Shown one piece after another: positions 17,764 through 26,515 of a stretch of DNA of 64,000 bases. The first letter of the stretch is position 1. Each line of letters begins with the position of its first letter. This DNA is from an uncultured Saprospiraceae bacterium. GTDB taxonomy: Bacteria > Bacteroidota > Bacteroidia > Chitinophagales > Saprospiraceae. The stretch spans positions 28,682 through 92,681 of the forward strand of contig CAZVLN010000004.1 in assembly GCA_964627995.1 (NCBI GenBank), in the 5' to 3' direction. Position numbers and translations under genes: made by a program. The notes beneath the pieces were generated by a model. That model saw nothing but the letters and a program-made list of their open reading frames with translations. It made no database searches and had not been told where the DNA came from.

Positions 17764-19044
17764 ATGAATACCAAACTCATTTCTCGAGTGGTCATTTTAG
17801 GGGTTGTGGCGATAATAGGAATTATAAGCCTTCAAGCTTTCTGGATATATCAAAGTTGGACTCAGGAAAGTAAGGAGTTCAATGAACGCGTAACCATAGC
17901 ACTGCGGGAAGTTGCGGAAAAAATATCGCTGTATAACGAAGGAACACTTCCTTCACAGGATGTTATTATAAGAGAAAGTGCAAATTACTATTTGGTTAAT
18001 ATCGATGATGTAATAGACGCCAATGTACTTGAGCACTATTTATATAGTACGTTTGCAAACCACTCCATCATATTGGATTTTGAGTATGCTGTCTTTGATT
18101 GCCATACCCGCGAAATGGTGTACGGAAACTATTGTAATGTGATCCAGGATGATGTGAGGACTCTCGAGCGAGCGCCGTCTGATTTGCCGAGATACGATGA
18201 GTTCATTTACTATTTTGGCGTTCGTTTCCCAACCATGCAGAATTACTTATTTAAAGAGCTAGGGCGCGTTTGGGTTGTGACGGGTATATTGTTGATTACC
18301 CTTTTATTTTTTTCTTATGCTATTTACGTGATACTGAGTCAAAAGCGATGGGCTGAATTGCAAAAGGACTTTATAAGCAATATGACGCATGAATTTAAAA
18401 CTCCTATTTCATCCATTAAGATCTCCTCAGATGTGATGAGCAAGTCTGAGGTTATAAAACAAGATGAAAAACTTCGAACTTACCTGTCTATAATACAAAG
18501 TCAAAATCAACGGCTAAATCGACAAGTAGAACAAGTCCTAAGCTTGGCAAAACTAGAGAACGATCAGTTTGATTTACAACTCGAGACAGTGAGTATAAAA
18601 AGTGTGTTTGAGGAGATAGAGGAAGCCCACCGGATGCCTATCGAATCGATGGGTGGAGAATTCAATGTACAAGTTCCTACTGAGGACGTGACCATTCAAG
18701 CGGATCGCTCTCATCTCTTCAATGTACTTAATAATTTGGTTGAGAATGCCGTAAAATACACTGATGGTGAAGCAGCTGTTTCTTTAAATCTGTTTACAGA
18801 AGATGAGGAAAAAATTTGTATCGAAGTGCGAGATAATGGTCAAGGTATACCGGAAGAATACCTGGATAAAATAACGGATAAGTTTTTTAGAGTTCCCATG
18901 GGAAATGTTCACGATGTAAAGGGTTTCGGTCTGGGTTTGTATTATGTGAACAACATCTGCGATGCGCACAAATGGAACTTTAAAGTTGAATCCAAAATTG
19001 GAAATGGAACGATTTGCCGTATCTTTATTCCCATAATGGATTAA
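17764..19044 (+). CDS. Sensor histidine kinase
   Basis: Two TM segments. H-box SNMTHEFKTPISSI, N-box LNNLVENAVKYT, G-boxes DNGQGIP and GFGLGLYYV. Confidence 0.9.
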   Translation: MNTKLISRVVILGVVAIIGIISLQAFWIYQSWTQESKEFNERVTIALREVAEKISLYNEGTLPSQDVIIRESANYYLVNIDDVIDANVLEHYLYSTFANHSIILDFEYAVFDCHTREMVYGNYCNVIQDDVRTLERAPSDLPRYDEFIYYFGVRFPTMQNYLFKELGRVWVVTGILLITLLFFSYAIYVILSQKRWAELQKDFISNMTHEFKTPISSIKISSDVMSKSEVIKQDEKLRTYLSIIQSQNQRLNRQVEQVLSLAKLENDQFDLQLETVSIKSVFEEIEEAHRMPIESMGGEFNVQVPTEDVTIQADRSHLFNVLNNLVENAVKYTDGEAAVSLNLFTEDEEKICIEVRDNGQGIPEEYLDKITDKFFRVPMGNVHDVKGFGLGLYYVNNICDAHKWNFKVESKIGNGTICRIFIPIMD

Positions 19045-19049
19045 CTAAT

Positions 19050-19742
19050 ATGTCTTACAAGCCCCGCATTTTATACGTTGAGGATGATGAATCCCTGAGT
19101 TATCTCACTAAAGACAACCTAGAGTTTGAGGGGTATGATATCGATCATTTCTCCGATGGCGAAACCGCGCTGGAAGCTTTCCTGAATAAGGAATATGATT
19201 TGGCTCTATTAGACGTTATGTTACCAAGAATGGATGGGTTTACGCTCGCTCGAGCCATTCGAGAGCGAGATAAAAATGTGCCCATTATCTTTTTGACCGC
19301 CAAAGGGCTGAAAGAGGATAAAATTGAGGGATTGAAATTAGGTGGCGATGATTACATTACAAAACCGTTTTCTATAGAAGAACTTCAGCTTAAAATCAAA
19401 GTGTTTTTAAAGCGCAGTCAGGTTAAAGAGAACAAAGCTGAAGACGTTTATCAAATTGGCAATTGGGTGCTAGCTGCTAAGGCTTTTGAACTCCGGTATC
19501 TTGTTAATGGAGATGAACACAAATTGACAAAAAGAGAAACTGAAATTGTAAGAGAGTTTTTTAAACATCCGAATGAAGTGGTTAAGCGGAAAGACTTGCT
19601 CATTCAGTTCTGGGGCGAGGAAGATTATTTTAAGAGCAGATCGTTAGATGTCTTTATTTCGCGTATTCGCAAGTTATTGAAAAAAGATCCCGGAGTTGAA
19701 ATCGAGAGTATCCATGGAATCGGATTTAGATTAAATTGTTAA
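19050..19742 (+). CDS. OmpR-family response regulator (receiver plus winged-helix DNA-binding domain)
   Basis: ILYVEDDE..LLDVMLPRMDG..LTAK receiver motifs, with a C-terminal Trans_reg_C-like LTKRETEI...FISRIRKLL. Start placed at MSYKPR. Confidence 0.9.
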   Translation: MSYKPRILYVEDDESLSYLTKDNLEFEGYDIDHFSDGETALEAFLNKEYDLALLDVMLPRMDGFTLARAIRERDKNVPIIFLTAKGLKEDKIEGLKLGGDDYITKPFSIEELQLKIKVFLKRSQVKENKAEDVYQIGNWVLAAKAFELRYLVNGDEHKLTKRETEIVREFFKHPNEVVKRKDLLIQFWGEEDYFKSRSLDVFISRIRKLLKKDPGVEIESIHGIGFRLNC

Positions 19743-19747
19743 CTATT

Positions 19748-21937
19748 ATGACGATGAAATTCATTCAAACTATATGGTATGGCGTAATATTCCTTTTAAT
19801 ATTTTGTCCGGGAGAAATCGGCTCTCAAAACTTGTTGTCCAATGATATTATTTGGTCTTCAGGCCAATTGAGATCGCAAAGCCCTGGCAACTTTTCTTTT
19901 CTTTCTAATGGTCGTCACTATACGAAATTGAATGACTATTATTTAGATGTATACGATATTGAAACGGGTAATCGCATTCGGTCAGTTTTTACAAAAGATC
20001 AAATTTTGGAAACTGACTATAATGGACCTTCTTTTGACAATTATCAATTCGGTCCCAATGAAGAAAAAATTCTACTTGCCACTGGTTCTGAGAAAATTTA
20101 TAGATATTCAAAAAAGGCTTACTACTATATCTATGATTCCGCCACAAACAGTTTGGAAGCCCTGGATTCGACGGGAAAGCAACTCTATCCTACTTTCAGT
20201 CCCAACGGATCGGAAGTTGCCTATGTAAAGAATAATAATTTATACGTAAAGGATCTAAATTCAGGTGAAACTCGAGCCATAACCACAAAGGGTAAGTGGA
20301 ATCACCTGATATATGGAGCTGCTGATTGGGTGTATGAAGAGGAATTGAAATTGACCCGGGCATTTGAATGGAGTCCGAATGGTCAACATTTAGCATATAT
20401 GGAATTTGATGAATCGGATGTTGAACAGTTCAGCATGAAATATTACAGGGACGGTGCATATCCGGAGGAATACCGATTTAAATATCCCAAGGTAGGAGCC
20501 GAGAACGCAAAAGTGTCTGTTTACATCGTTGATATGAATGATTTAGATACGCGCCGCTTAGCGGTTCCCAAAGGCTGGACAGATTATTATGTGCCCAGAA
20601 TTCACTGGATGCCGGGTACTTCTGAACTGGTAGTAACATACCTAAATCGGCTTCAAAATCACTTATTGTTAACGGCCTACAATAAACTAACATCAGAATC
20701 TAGAATTTTGTTAGAAGAGAAGAATCCGTACTATATAAGTATACATGATAACCTTCAGTTTTTACCCGAAAAAAACCAATTTATTTGGTTTTCTGAGCGG
20801 AATGGATGGAATCAATTATTGCTTTTCGATTATCAGGGGGAATATGTACGGGCATTAACGGAAGCAAAATACGATGTCACCGAGTGCTATGGATATGATG
20901 CAAATTCTGACCAGCTTTTTTATCAGGCAGCGGTTCCCAGACCGGAGGAGCGCCAGGTTTTTTCAGTATCTCTGCAAGGCGACTCCCGCAAACCTGTTTT
21001 GAAACAAAAAGGTTGGAATTCAGCGACCTTCAGCCCCGACTTTTCCTATTTTGTTGCCAGGCATGCTACAATAAATACTCCACCCTCTTATTCAATTATG
21101 AACCGGGAAGGTGAGGAGGTCCGGCCATTGATTCAAAATGAACGCTTGACCAAGCTGCAATCCTCTTATAGTTGCCAACCTATAGATTTTCAGCAAGTAA
21201 CCGTGGCAGACTCCGTTTTGCTTAATAGTTATATTCTCTATCCTAACGATTTTGATTCCAGTCGTCAATATCCCGTCCTCATGCACGTCTACGGAGGACC
21301 CAATAGTCAGCAGGTAGTCGATAATTGGAAAGGTAGTTACTATTGGTGGTTTCAAATGCTAGCACAAAAAGGGTTTATCGTCGTATCGGTAGATAATCGA
21401 GGAACTGGTGCCAGAGGAGAGGCGTTTCGCAAAATCACCTATAAACAATTGGGACGTATAGAGTCTAATGATCAGATTGAAGCTGCTCGGTTTCTTGCTG
21501 ATAAGAATTATGTGGATGCGGATAACGTTTCTATTTTTGGATGGAGTTATGGCGGGTATCTATCTAGTTTAGCCTTACTAAAAGGAAATGATGTGTTTTC
21601 GGCAGGTATTGCTGTAGCACCGGTAACAAATTGGAAATGGTATGATTCGATTTATACAGAGCGGTACATGCAAACTTACGCCTTGAATGAAAAGGGATAT
21701 GATACTAATGCACCTATGTTTTATGCCAACCGATTAAAAGGGCGCTATCTATTAGTTCACGGCTTAGCTGATGATAACGTTCATTTTCAGCATACGGCTG
21801 AAATGAGTAATGCACTTATAGAAAACAATAAGCAGTTCGATACCTATCTCTACCCCAATCGAAACCATGGGATTTACGGATCTAATGCCAGACGACATTT
21901 ATTTAATAAAATCACGAATTTTCTACTAGAAAGATAA
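19748..21937 (+). CDS. Dipeptidyl-peptidase IV (S9B prolyl oligopeptidase family)
   Basis: Signal peptide, N-terminal beta-propeller, catalytic GWSYGGY Ser motif, downstream DDNVH and NRNHGI (Asp/His). Confidence 0.9.
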   Translation: MTMKFIQTIWYGVIFLLIFCPGEIGSQNLLSNDIIWSSGQLRSQSPGNFSFLSNGRHYTKLNDYYLDVYDIETGNRIRSVFTKDQILETDYNGPSFDNYQFGPNEEKILLATGSEKIYRYSKKAYYYIYDSATNSLEALDSTGKQLYPTFSPNGSEVAYVKNNNLYVKDLNSGETRAITTKGKWNHLIYGAADWVYEEELKLTRAFEWSPNGQHLAYMEFDESDVEQFSMKYYRDGAYPEEYRFKYPKVGAENAKVSVYIVDMNDLDTRRLAVPKGWTDYYVPRIHWMPGTSELVVTYLNRLQNHLLLTAYNKLTSESRILLEEKNPYYISIHDNLQFLPEKNQFIWFSERNGWNQLLLFDYQGEYVRALTEAKYDVTECYGYDANSDQLFYQAAVPRPEERQVFSVSLQGDSRKPVLKQKGWNSATFSPDFSYFVARHATINTPPSYSIMNREGEEVRPLIQNERLTKLQSSYSCQPIDFQQVTVADSVLLNSYILYPNDFDSSRQYPVLMHVYGGPNSQQVVDNWKGSYYWWFQMLAQKGFIVVSVDNRGTGARGEAFRKITYKQLGRIESNDQIEAARFLADKNYVDADNVSIFGWSYGGYLSSLALLKGNDVFSAGIAVAPVTNWKWYDSIYTERYMQTYALNEKGYDTNAPMFYANRLKGRYLLVHGLADDNVHFQHTAEMSNALIENNKQFDTYLYPNRNHGIYGSNARRHLFNKITNFLLER

Positions 21938-21946
21938 AAGCACTCT

Positions 21947-22411
21947 ATGAGTCAAGCATTTCAACCTGAAATCGAATATAAAAACCGAAAAGCAAGCTTT
22001 GAGTATCATCTCGATAAGATGTTTGAAGCAGGCATTCAACTTACTGGAACGGAAGTTAAGTCCATCCGGAATGGAGGTGTAAATATGGGCGATGCCTATT
22101 GTTATTTTGATCGAAAAGGTGAACTCATCGTCAAGAAACTTCACATTTCTGAGTATAAATACGGAAATGATCAAAATCACGATCCCTTACGACCCAGAAA
22201 ACTACTTTTGAAAAAGCGAGAATTGAGACAATTGCAAAGAAAAGTAAAGGAACGCGGTTTTTCCATTGTTCCCGTTCGAGTTTTTGTGAATGAAAGGGGA
22301 CTTGTAAAAATGGATATTGCTCTTGCTCGCGGTAAGAAAGTATACGATAAGCGAGACTCCATCAAGAAAAAGGATCGCAAGCGGGATTTAGATAGAAATC
22401 TCAAATACTAA
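21947..22411 (+). CDS. smpB: SsrA-binding protein
   Basis: 154 aa, with NRKASFEYHL..GTEVKSIR.. and a basic C-terminal tail typical of SmpB. Confidence 0.95.
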   Translation: MSQAFQPEIEYKNRKASFEYHLDKMFEAGIQLTGTEVKSIRNGGVNMGDAYCYFDRKGELIVKKLHISEYKYGNDQNHDPLRPRKLLLKKRELRQLQRKVKERGFSIVPVRVFVNERGLVKMDIALARGKKVYDKRDSIKKKDRKRDLDRNLKY

Positions 22412-22416
22412 AGCCT

Positions 22417-24117
22417 TTATCGAATGACTCTTCGCATTTGAAACTGAAAGCTAAGTGTTTGAATATTATCTCGATTTGGGCCTAAACCATCTGAAAAAGG
22501 AGATACGGTAAGTATAGGTGAAAATTGAATAAGCCAATCATCTGACAGGTGACGTATCACGCCTCCACCTATATTAACAGTCATAAAACTATTTTCGTTA
22601 ATACTTCCTCCCTGGAACACACCTTCTTGAAAGTTTTTATTCCACAATTTTGGAATATCCGGGAGCCGGGCAATTTCTTCCGGACTTAAGTCATCCCGAT
22701 CTATATTAATATCTGCGATTTCACCTGATCGGATCCTATACGACGAATTTAAAGCCAATTGAAATCCCCCTCCAAAGTGTAAAAAGAATTCCCAATCTGA
22801 GGCGGTAGATATGTACTTGCGCGCAAAAATGCCCAAGGAAAGCACATCAAATCTCAAGTCATCTAATCGAATAAACTGCAAATCCGGTGCTCCCTGCCGT
22901 TGAAATATTTCATTGTATTGCGGGGCAAGGTAGTGCCATTGTTGATACCCAGCATGAAGGCCAAAAGCATTGTTAGCTGTTCGTTCTTCCCATTCTAATC
23001 CAACATATATGTTTTGATCTAACTGAACTCGTTCTCCAATCGGGTAAAAAGGGTCATCTATTGTTTTAATTCGGTTTAAATTCCAAGCGCAAACTATACC
23101 TATCGTCTGCTCATAGGGACGCTGAGACTTGTCAAGTAAAGATGGTTCTGATTCTCTTTCAAAGCCTTTCATGATCGCTGGATTAAGCTGAGATAACTCT
23201 GTTAGCTTTGAAAGCGGGATTTGTGGAAGCCGCGGCACCCGATTTTTATGGATAATCAGATTATTACTATTGAAGTTTGATAATGGTGATGCCTCGCCTG
23301 GCAACGGATTCTTATAGATAACCGGATAATTACCACTGAAGTATGGTAAAGGGATTATCCCGTTTTGTACTGCAGGACTATAGGGTGTATGAATTTGTTC
23401 GATACCTGGTGTCAACGATTGTTTAACTAGAGGATTTTCCTGCATGCTGAGAACCTCACTTTGGGAGCTGTTTTCTGATGTCGATGCTTCCCTGGAAAGC
23501 TGGGGTAGAGTTACATGAGGCGCCTTAGTATTTTCCGGCGAAGTGATATCTTTTGTGGAATTTTCGGAATTTGTGACGGCTTGATCGCTTACCCTATCTT
23601 GATTGCTTTTCTTGGGTTCAGCTGCAGCAACTTTTACTAAGGTATGGTCCTTTGCAATAGTAGTTTCAGCTGGACTGCGATCCGCGTTTTGTGTATTATT
23701 TTCAAGGAACTGTGAAGGAAATCCTATCCAAAATAGAAGCAATAAAATAAGCAGTTCAGCTAACTTAGTACCACCAATTATTTTAGATCTGCGATTTTGT
23801 AATTCAAGAGTCTGGACGAAGGTGCTCCATGCAGTAGGCTCAAAATCTGAAGTGCTTTGAGCTATTTTTGTCTTTATAATCTCATCCACAGGATGAGAAT
23901 CCCCTATTTTTTCTGAATGGTTATCGATAAATTCATCCCAATCAGTTTCCATAGCGCTAGGAGTCATGCCACTCAGGTGCTGATAAACTGTTTTGTCAAT
24001 ATCATTACCGTCATCCAATTCTAAATCTTCAAAAGGAGGTATCGCTTTCCAGGGCGGATTTTTGTCGGTTTGATGTAATGCGTTTCTAACGATATGGTCT
24101 ATAGAAAATTCACTCAT
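22417..24117 (-). CDS. Membrane protein translationally coupled to an ECF sigma factor (candidate atypical anti-sigma factor)
   Basis: Start overlaps the sigma-factor stop by 8 nt. Single TM (LAELLILLLLFWIGF, about aa 120-135), a long S/T/P/N/Q-rich linker, and a beta-strand-rich C-terminal region of about 240 aa. No zf-HC2 or FecR motif seen. Confidence 0.4.
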   Translation of the reverse strand: MSEFSIDHIVRNALHQTDKNPPWKAIPPFEDLELDDGNDIDKTVYQHLSGMTPSAMETDWDEFIDNHSEKIGDSHPVDEIIKTKIAQSTSDFEPTAWSTFVQTLELQNRRSKIIGGTKLAELLILLLLFWIGFPSQFLENNTQNADRSPAETTIAKDHTLVKVAAAEPKKSNQDRVSDQAVTNSENSTKDITSPENTKAPHVTLPQLSREASTSENSSQSEVLSMQENPLVKQSLTPGIEQIHTPYSPAVQNGIIPLPYFSGNYPVIYKNPLPGEASPLSNFNSNNLIIHKNRVPRLPQIPLSKLTELSQLNPAIMKGFERESEPSLLDKSQRPYEQTIGIVCAWNLNRIKTIDDPFYPIGERVQLDQNIYVGLEWEERTANNAFGLHAGYQQWHYLAPQYNEIFQRQGAPDLQFIRLDDLRFDVLSLGIFARKYISTASDWEFFLHFGGGFQLALNSSYRIRSGEIADINIDRDDLSPEEIARLPDIPKLWNKNFQEGVFQGGSINENSFMTVNIGGGVIRHLSDDWLIQFSPILTVSPFSDGLGPNRDNIQTLSFQFQMRRVIR

Positions 24118-24670
24118 GATATAGTCCTTTTTCTATGAGCATTTTTCGCAAATGACTTCTCGCTTTTACTAAGGCAGACCTGGAGGTAGAAGCTTTTATT
24201 CCCAAAAAATCCGCAATCTCATTATGCTGATACCCCTCCATGACGTAAAGATTGAAAATCGTACGCATTTTATTGGGCAAAGCCTGAACGCATAGAAGAA
24301 TATCTTCTTCATTGGATGAATGCTCATTACCCACATGTTGATGGTGCAAAAGAGCCATTTCGTGAGTGTCTGCCGTTCTGCGCGTTTTATTTCGCCGGTA
24401 TTGGTCAATAGCTGTATTTACTACAATGCGTCGTATCCAAGTATCTAAACTTCGATTAGGATTATAGCTACCAAAATTGTTAAAAACTTTTATGAAAGCT
24501 TCGTGGAGTATATCTTTTGCCTGGTCTTTGGTATTACTGTATCGTAAACTAGTCCCAATCATTTTGGGATAGTAAAATTCATAAATTTCTTTTTGAGCCC
24601 ATCGTTTTTTGGCTTTACAGCCAGCGATGACATCTGAATTAAGTTGTGATTTTGAAATGGAGATATCCAT
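24110..24670 (-). CDS. RNA polymerase ECF-type sigma-70 factor
   Basis: 186 aa. Region 2 (..DILHEAFIKVF..WIRRIVVNTAIDQYR..) and region 4 (..MEGYQHNEIADFLGIKASTSRSALVKAR..). Confidence 0.9.
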   Translation of the reverse strand: MDISISKSQLNSDVIAGCKAKKRWAQKEIYEFYYPKMIGTSLRYSNTKDQAKDILHEAFIKVFNNFGSYNPNRSLDTWIRRIVVNTAIDQYRRNKTRRTADTHEMALLHHQHVGNEHSSNEEDILLCVQALPNKMRTIFNLYVMEGYQHNEIADFLGIKASTSRSALVKARSHLRKMLIEKGLYHE

Positions 24671-24754
24671 AAATTTAATTCAACACCGAAATACCTATTT
24701 CTGTAAGTATATACGAACTCAATCTATGATGTGCTGCTTGCAGATGTTAAAAAT

Positions 24755-25348
24755 TTAGAATTTAAGTCTTAGTCCGGCGTTGGCAAAAAACAGATTATTG
24801 CTGCTGCTGCTATCTTCCAGTTCCAAAGTATCATTTAATCCAAACATGTATCCCACATCTAAAAAGAGGAATGCAATATCAATACCGGCACCAACATTGT
24901 ATCCAAATAGGACGTCTGAAAAATCATCCTTTTGAATTTCAAAGGCATTATCCAACTCTCGATTGATCACTAAAGAGGCGTTGGGTCCCGTAAAAAGTCT
25001 AAAATTGAGCCAGGATTTACTAGAAGCAAAGCGATATCCTAAGTATACAGGGACACGAAGACGGTTGACTTCAAAATCGTCGACGGAGACACCTGTTGGC
25101 TGGTTGTTTACTTCTGTCTTCATATTTTCTATATGTAAACCCAATTGAAAATACAGTCGATTTCCGAATTGCAAATCAGCGCCAAACTGATATCCTGTTG
25201 CTGAAGAAAAAGAAAAGCCTTCCAGGTCAGAAGGGAATGTGCTTGTATTGATGCCACCCCCAATACGCAATTCGGCCTGACTTTGAAGTGTCAAAGACTG
25301 TAGCAAGAGTGCAAAAAAAATGAATATAGAATAGATTGTCGTTTTCAT
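24755..25348 (-). CDS. Small outer-membrane beta-barrel protein (PorT/OMP_b-brl-like)
   Basis: Signal peptide MKTTIYSIFIFFALLLQSLTLQSQA, alternating hydrophobic beta-strand pattern, C-terminal ..GLRLKF. Confidence 0.7.
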   Translation of the reverse strand: MKTTIYSIFIFFALLLQSLTLQSQAELRIGGGINTSTFPSDLEGFSFSSATGYQFGADLQFGNRLYFQLGLHIENMKTEVNNQPTGVSVDDFEVNRLRVPVYLGYRFASSKSWLNFRLFTGPNASLVINRELDNAFEIQKDDFSDVLFGYNVGAGIDIAFLFLDVGYMFGLNDTLELEDSSSSNNLFFANAGLRLKF

Positions 25349-25683
25349 GTTTCTAGTTTTTTTTTAATATACAATATTTTGGAATTATTCGCAATTAAGG
25401 TTCTTAAAAACCATTCTGCAGTCGAGTGCAATATTGAACACTGTGAAAATTATTCCTAGCGGATTGCTCTAAAATAGTAGAACAAATACACGGAGAAGCA
25501 TATTTTTTTAGTTTAAAACGCCGCAATCGACTTTGGTGTTGCTGATAAATATAAGCTGTAGGTGATTCCAATACTTAGTGTTTCATTAGCCCCTACAAGC
25601 TATATCTTTTTCATTTATCGCGTTTTCTGAGTTTTGGTTTATTTACTTTCCTCGTTTTATATACCGAAAGGATCAAAATAAGT

Positions 25684-25834
25684 CCGGCAGGGATCGCAGT
25701 GATAGGGGGCGACACCCATCTGTAGCTGGTCCTTTGGCGAGGATTGGCTGCAAAGACTCCGCAGCCTTAGGGCAGCTAGGATGGGTGGTGGTCACTACAA
25801 ACGGAGAGCCCGACCGCGCTCGCGCGGTGCCGGC
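25684..25834. repeat. Single clean copy of the G+C-rich structured repeat family
   Basis: Ends are ccggca / tgccgg. Long stem cacccatctgtagctg 25703-25718 with cagctaggatgggtg 25773-25787. Inner hairpin ggctgc..gcagcc. Family core agcccgacc at 25807-25815 (minus-strand GGTCGGGCT). Confidence 0.65.
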
Positions 25835-25947
25835 ATAAAAAATATTAGACTATGGATAGGTTTATTCATTCAAAAATAAAGTATGGACGCATACAATGTT
25901 TAGCTTTGTAGAATTGGGAATTTTCCTGTTTTAACTGAAAAGTGCGG

Positions 25948-26499
25948 ATGGCAGTTTCGATGAATCGACTCACTAGATTGGCTTTAATCAGCCTTTTTAT
26001 ATTCTCAGCCTTGGGCTTGTATTTTGCAGACAGGGCCAGGGAGCCTTCCATCGTAGAATTCATCGGAGGGCAATGGGCTATGTGGTCACAAATCAGCCTT
26101 GGGTTTGCAGTAGGACTGCTGTCGGGGTGGGTGGCCTGGTGGTGGATCAAGCAAGATTTTATGTCTGATGTTCGCAACAAATATGTGAACTTATTTAAAT
26201 CTTTTCGCCTTTCGACGGCAGATATTGTGGTGATTTCCTTGTGCGCAGGAATCGGGGAGGAGCTTTTCTTTCGCGGAGCTATACAATCTTATTTGGGCGT
26301 AATATGGACTTCCATATTATTTGTTGCCTTGCACGGATATCTCAATCCTAGAGACTGGGCTATGGCTTCATACGGGCTGCTCATGACACTAATCATTGTT
26401 GCTCTGGGATATATGACGGAAACAATAGGTATCGTCTCATCAATAGTCGCGCACGTGATGATCGATTTATATTTGCTTTACCAAATGAGGCGGGCGTAG
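25948..26499 (+). CDS. CPBP family intramembrane glutamic endopeptidase (CAAX/Abi-like)
   Basis: GIGEELFFRG (EExxxR motif), then HGYLN and HVMIDL histidine motifs. Multi-TM. The ORF opens at GTG 25942. ATGs occur at 25948 and 25960. Confidence 0.8.
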   Translation: MAVSMNRLTRLALISLFIFSALGLYFADRAREPSIVEFIGGQWAMWSQISLGFAVGLLSGWVAWWWIKQDFMSDVRNKYVNLFKSFRLSTADIVVISLCAGIGEELFFRGAIQSYLGVIWTSILFVALHGYLNPRDWAMASYGLLMTLIIVALGYMTETIGIVSSIVAHVMIDLYLLYQMRRA

Positions 26500-26515
26500 T
26501 ACGGCCAAATCTCGA

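Noticed and set aside
17764-19044. The sensor kinase as the PorY partner of PorX
   Set aside because: It is directly followed by its own OmpR-type regulator and lies 40 kb from porX, so nothing in the sequence supports pairing with PorX.
25866-26180. 104-aa minus-strand ORF overlapping the CPBP protease gene
   Set aside because: It overlaps the 5' half of a motif-supported gene on the opposite strand and has no motif of its own.
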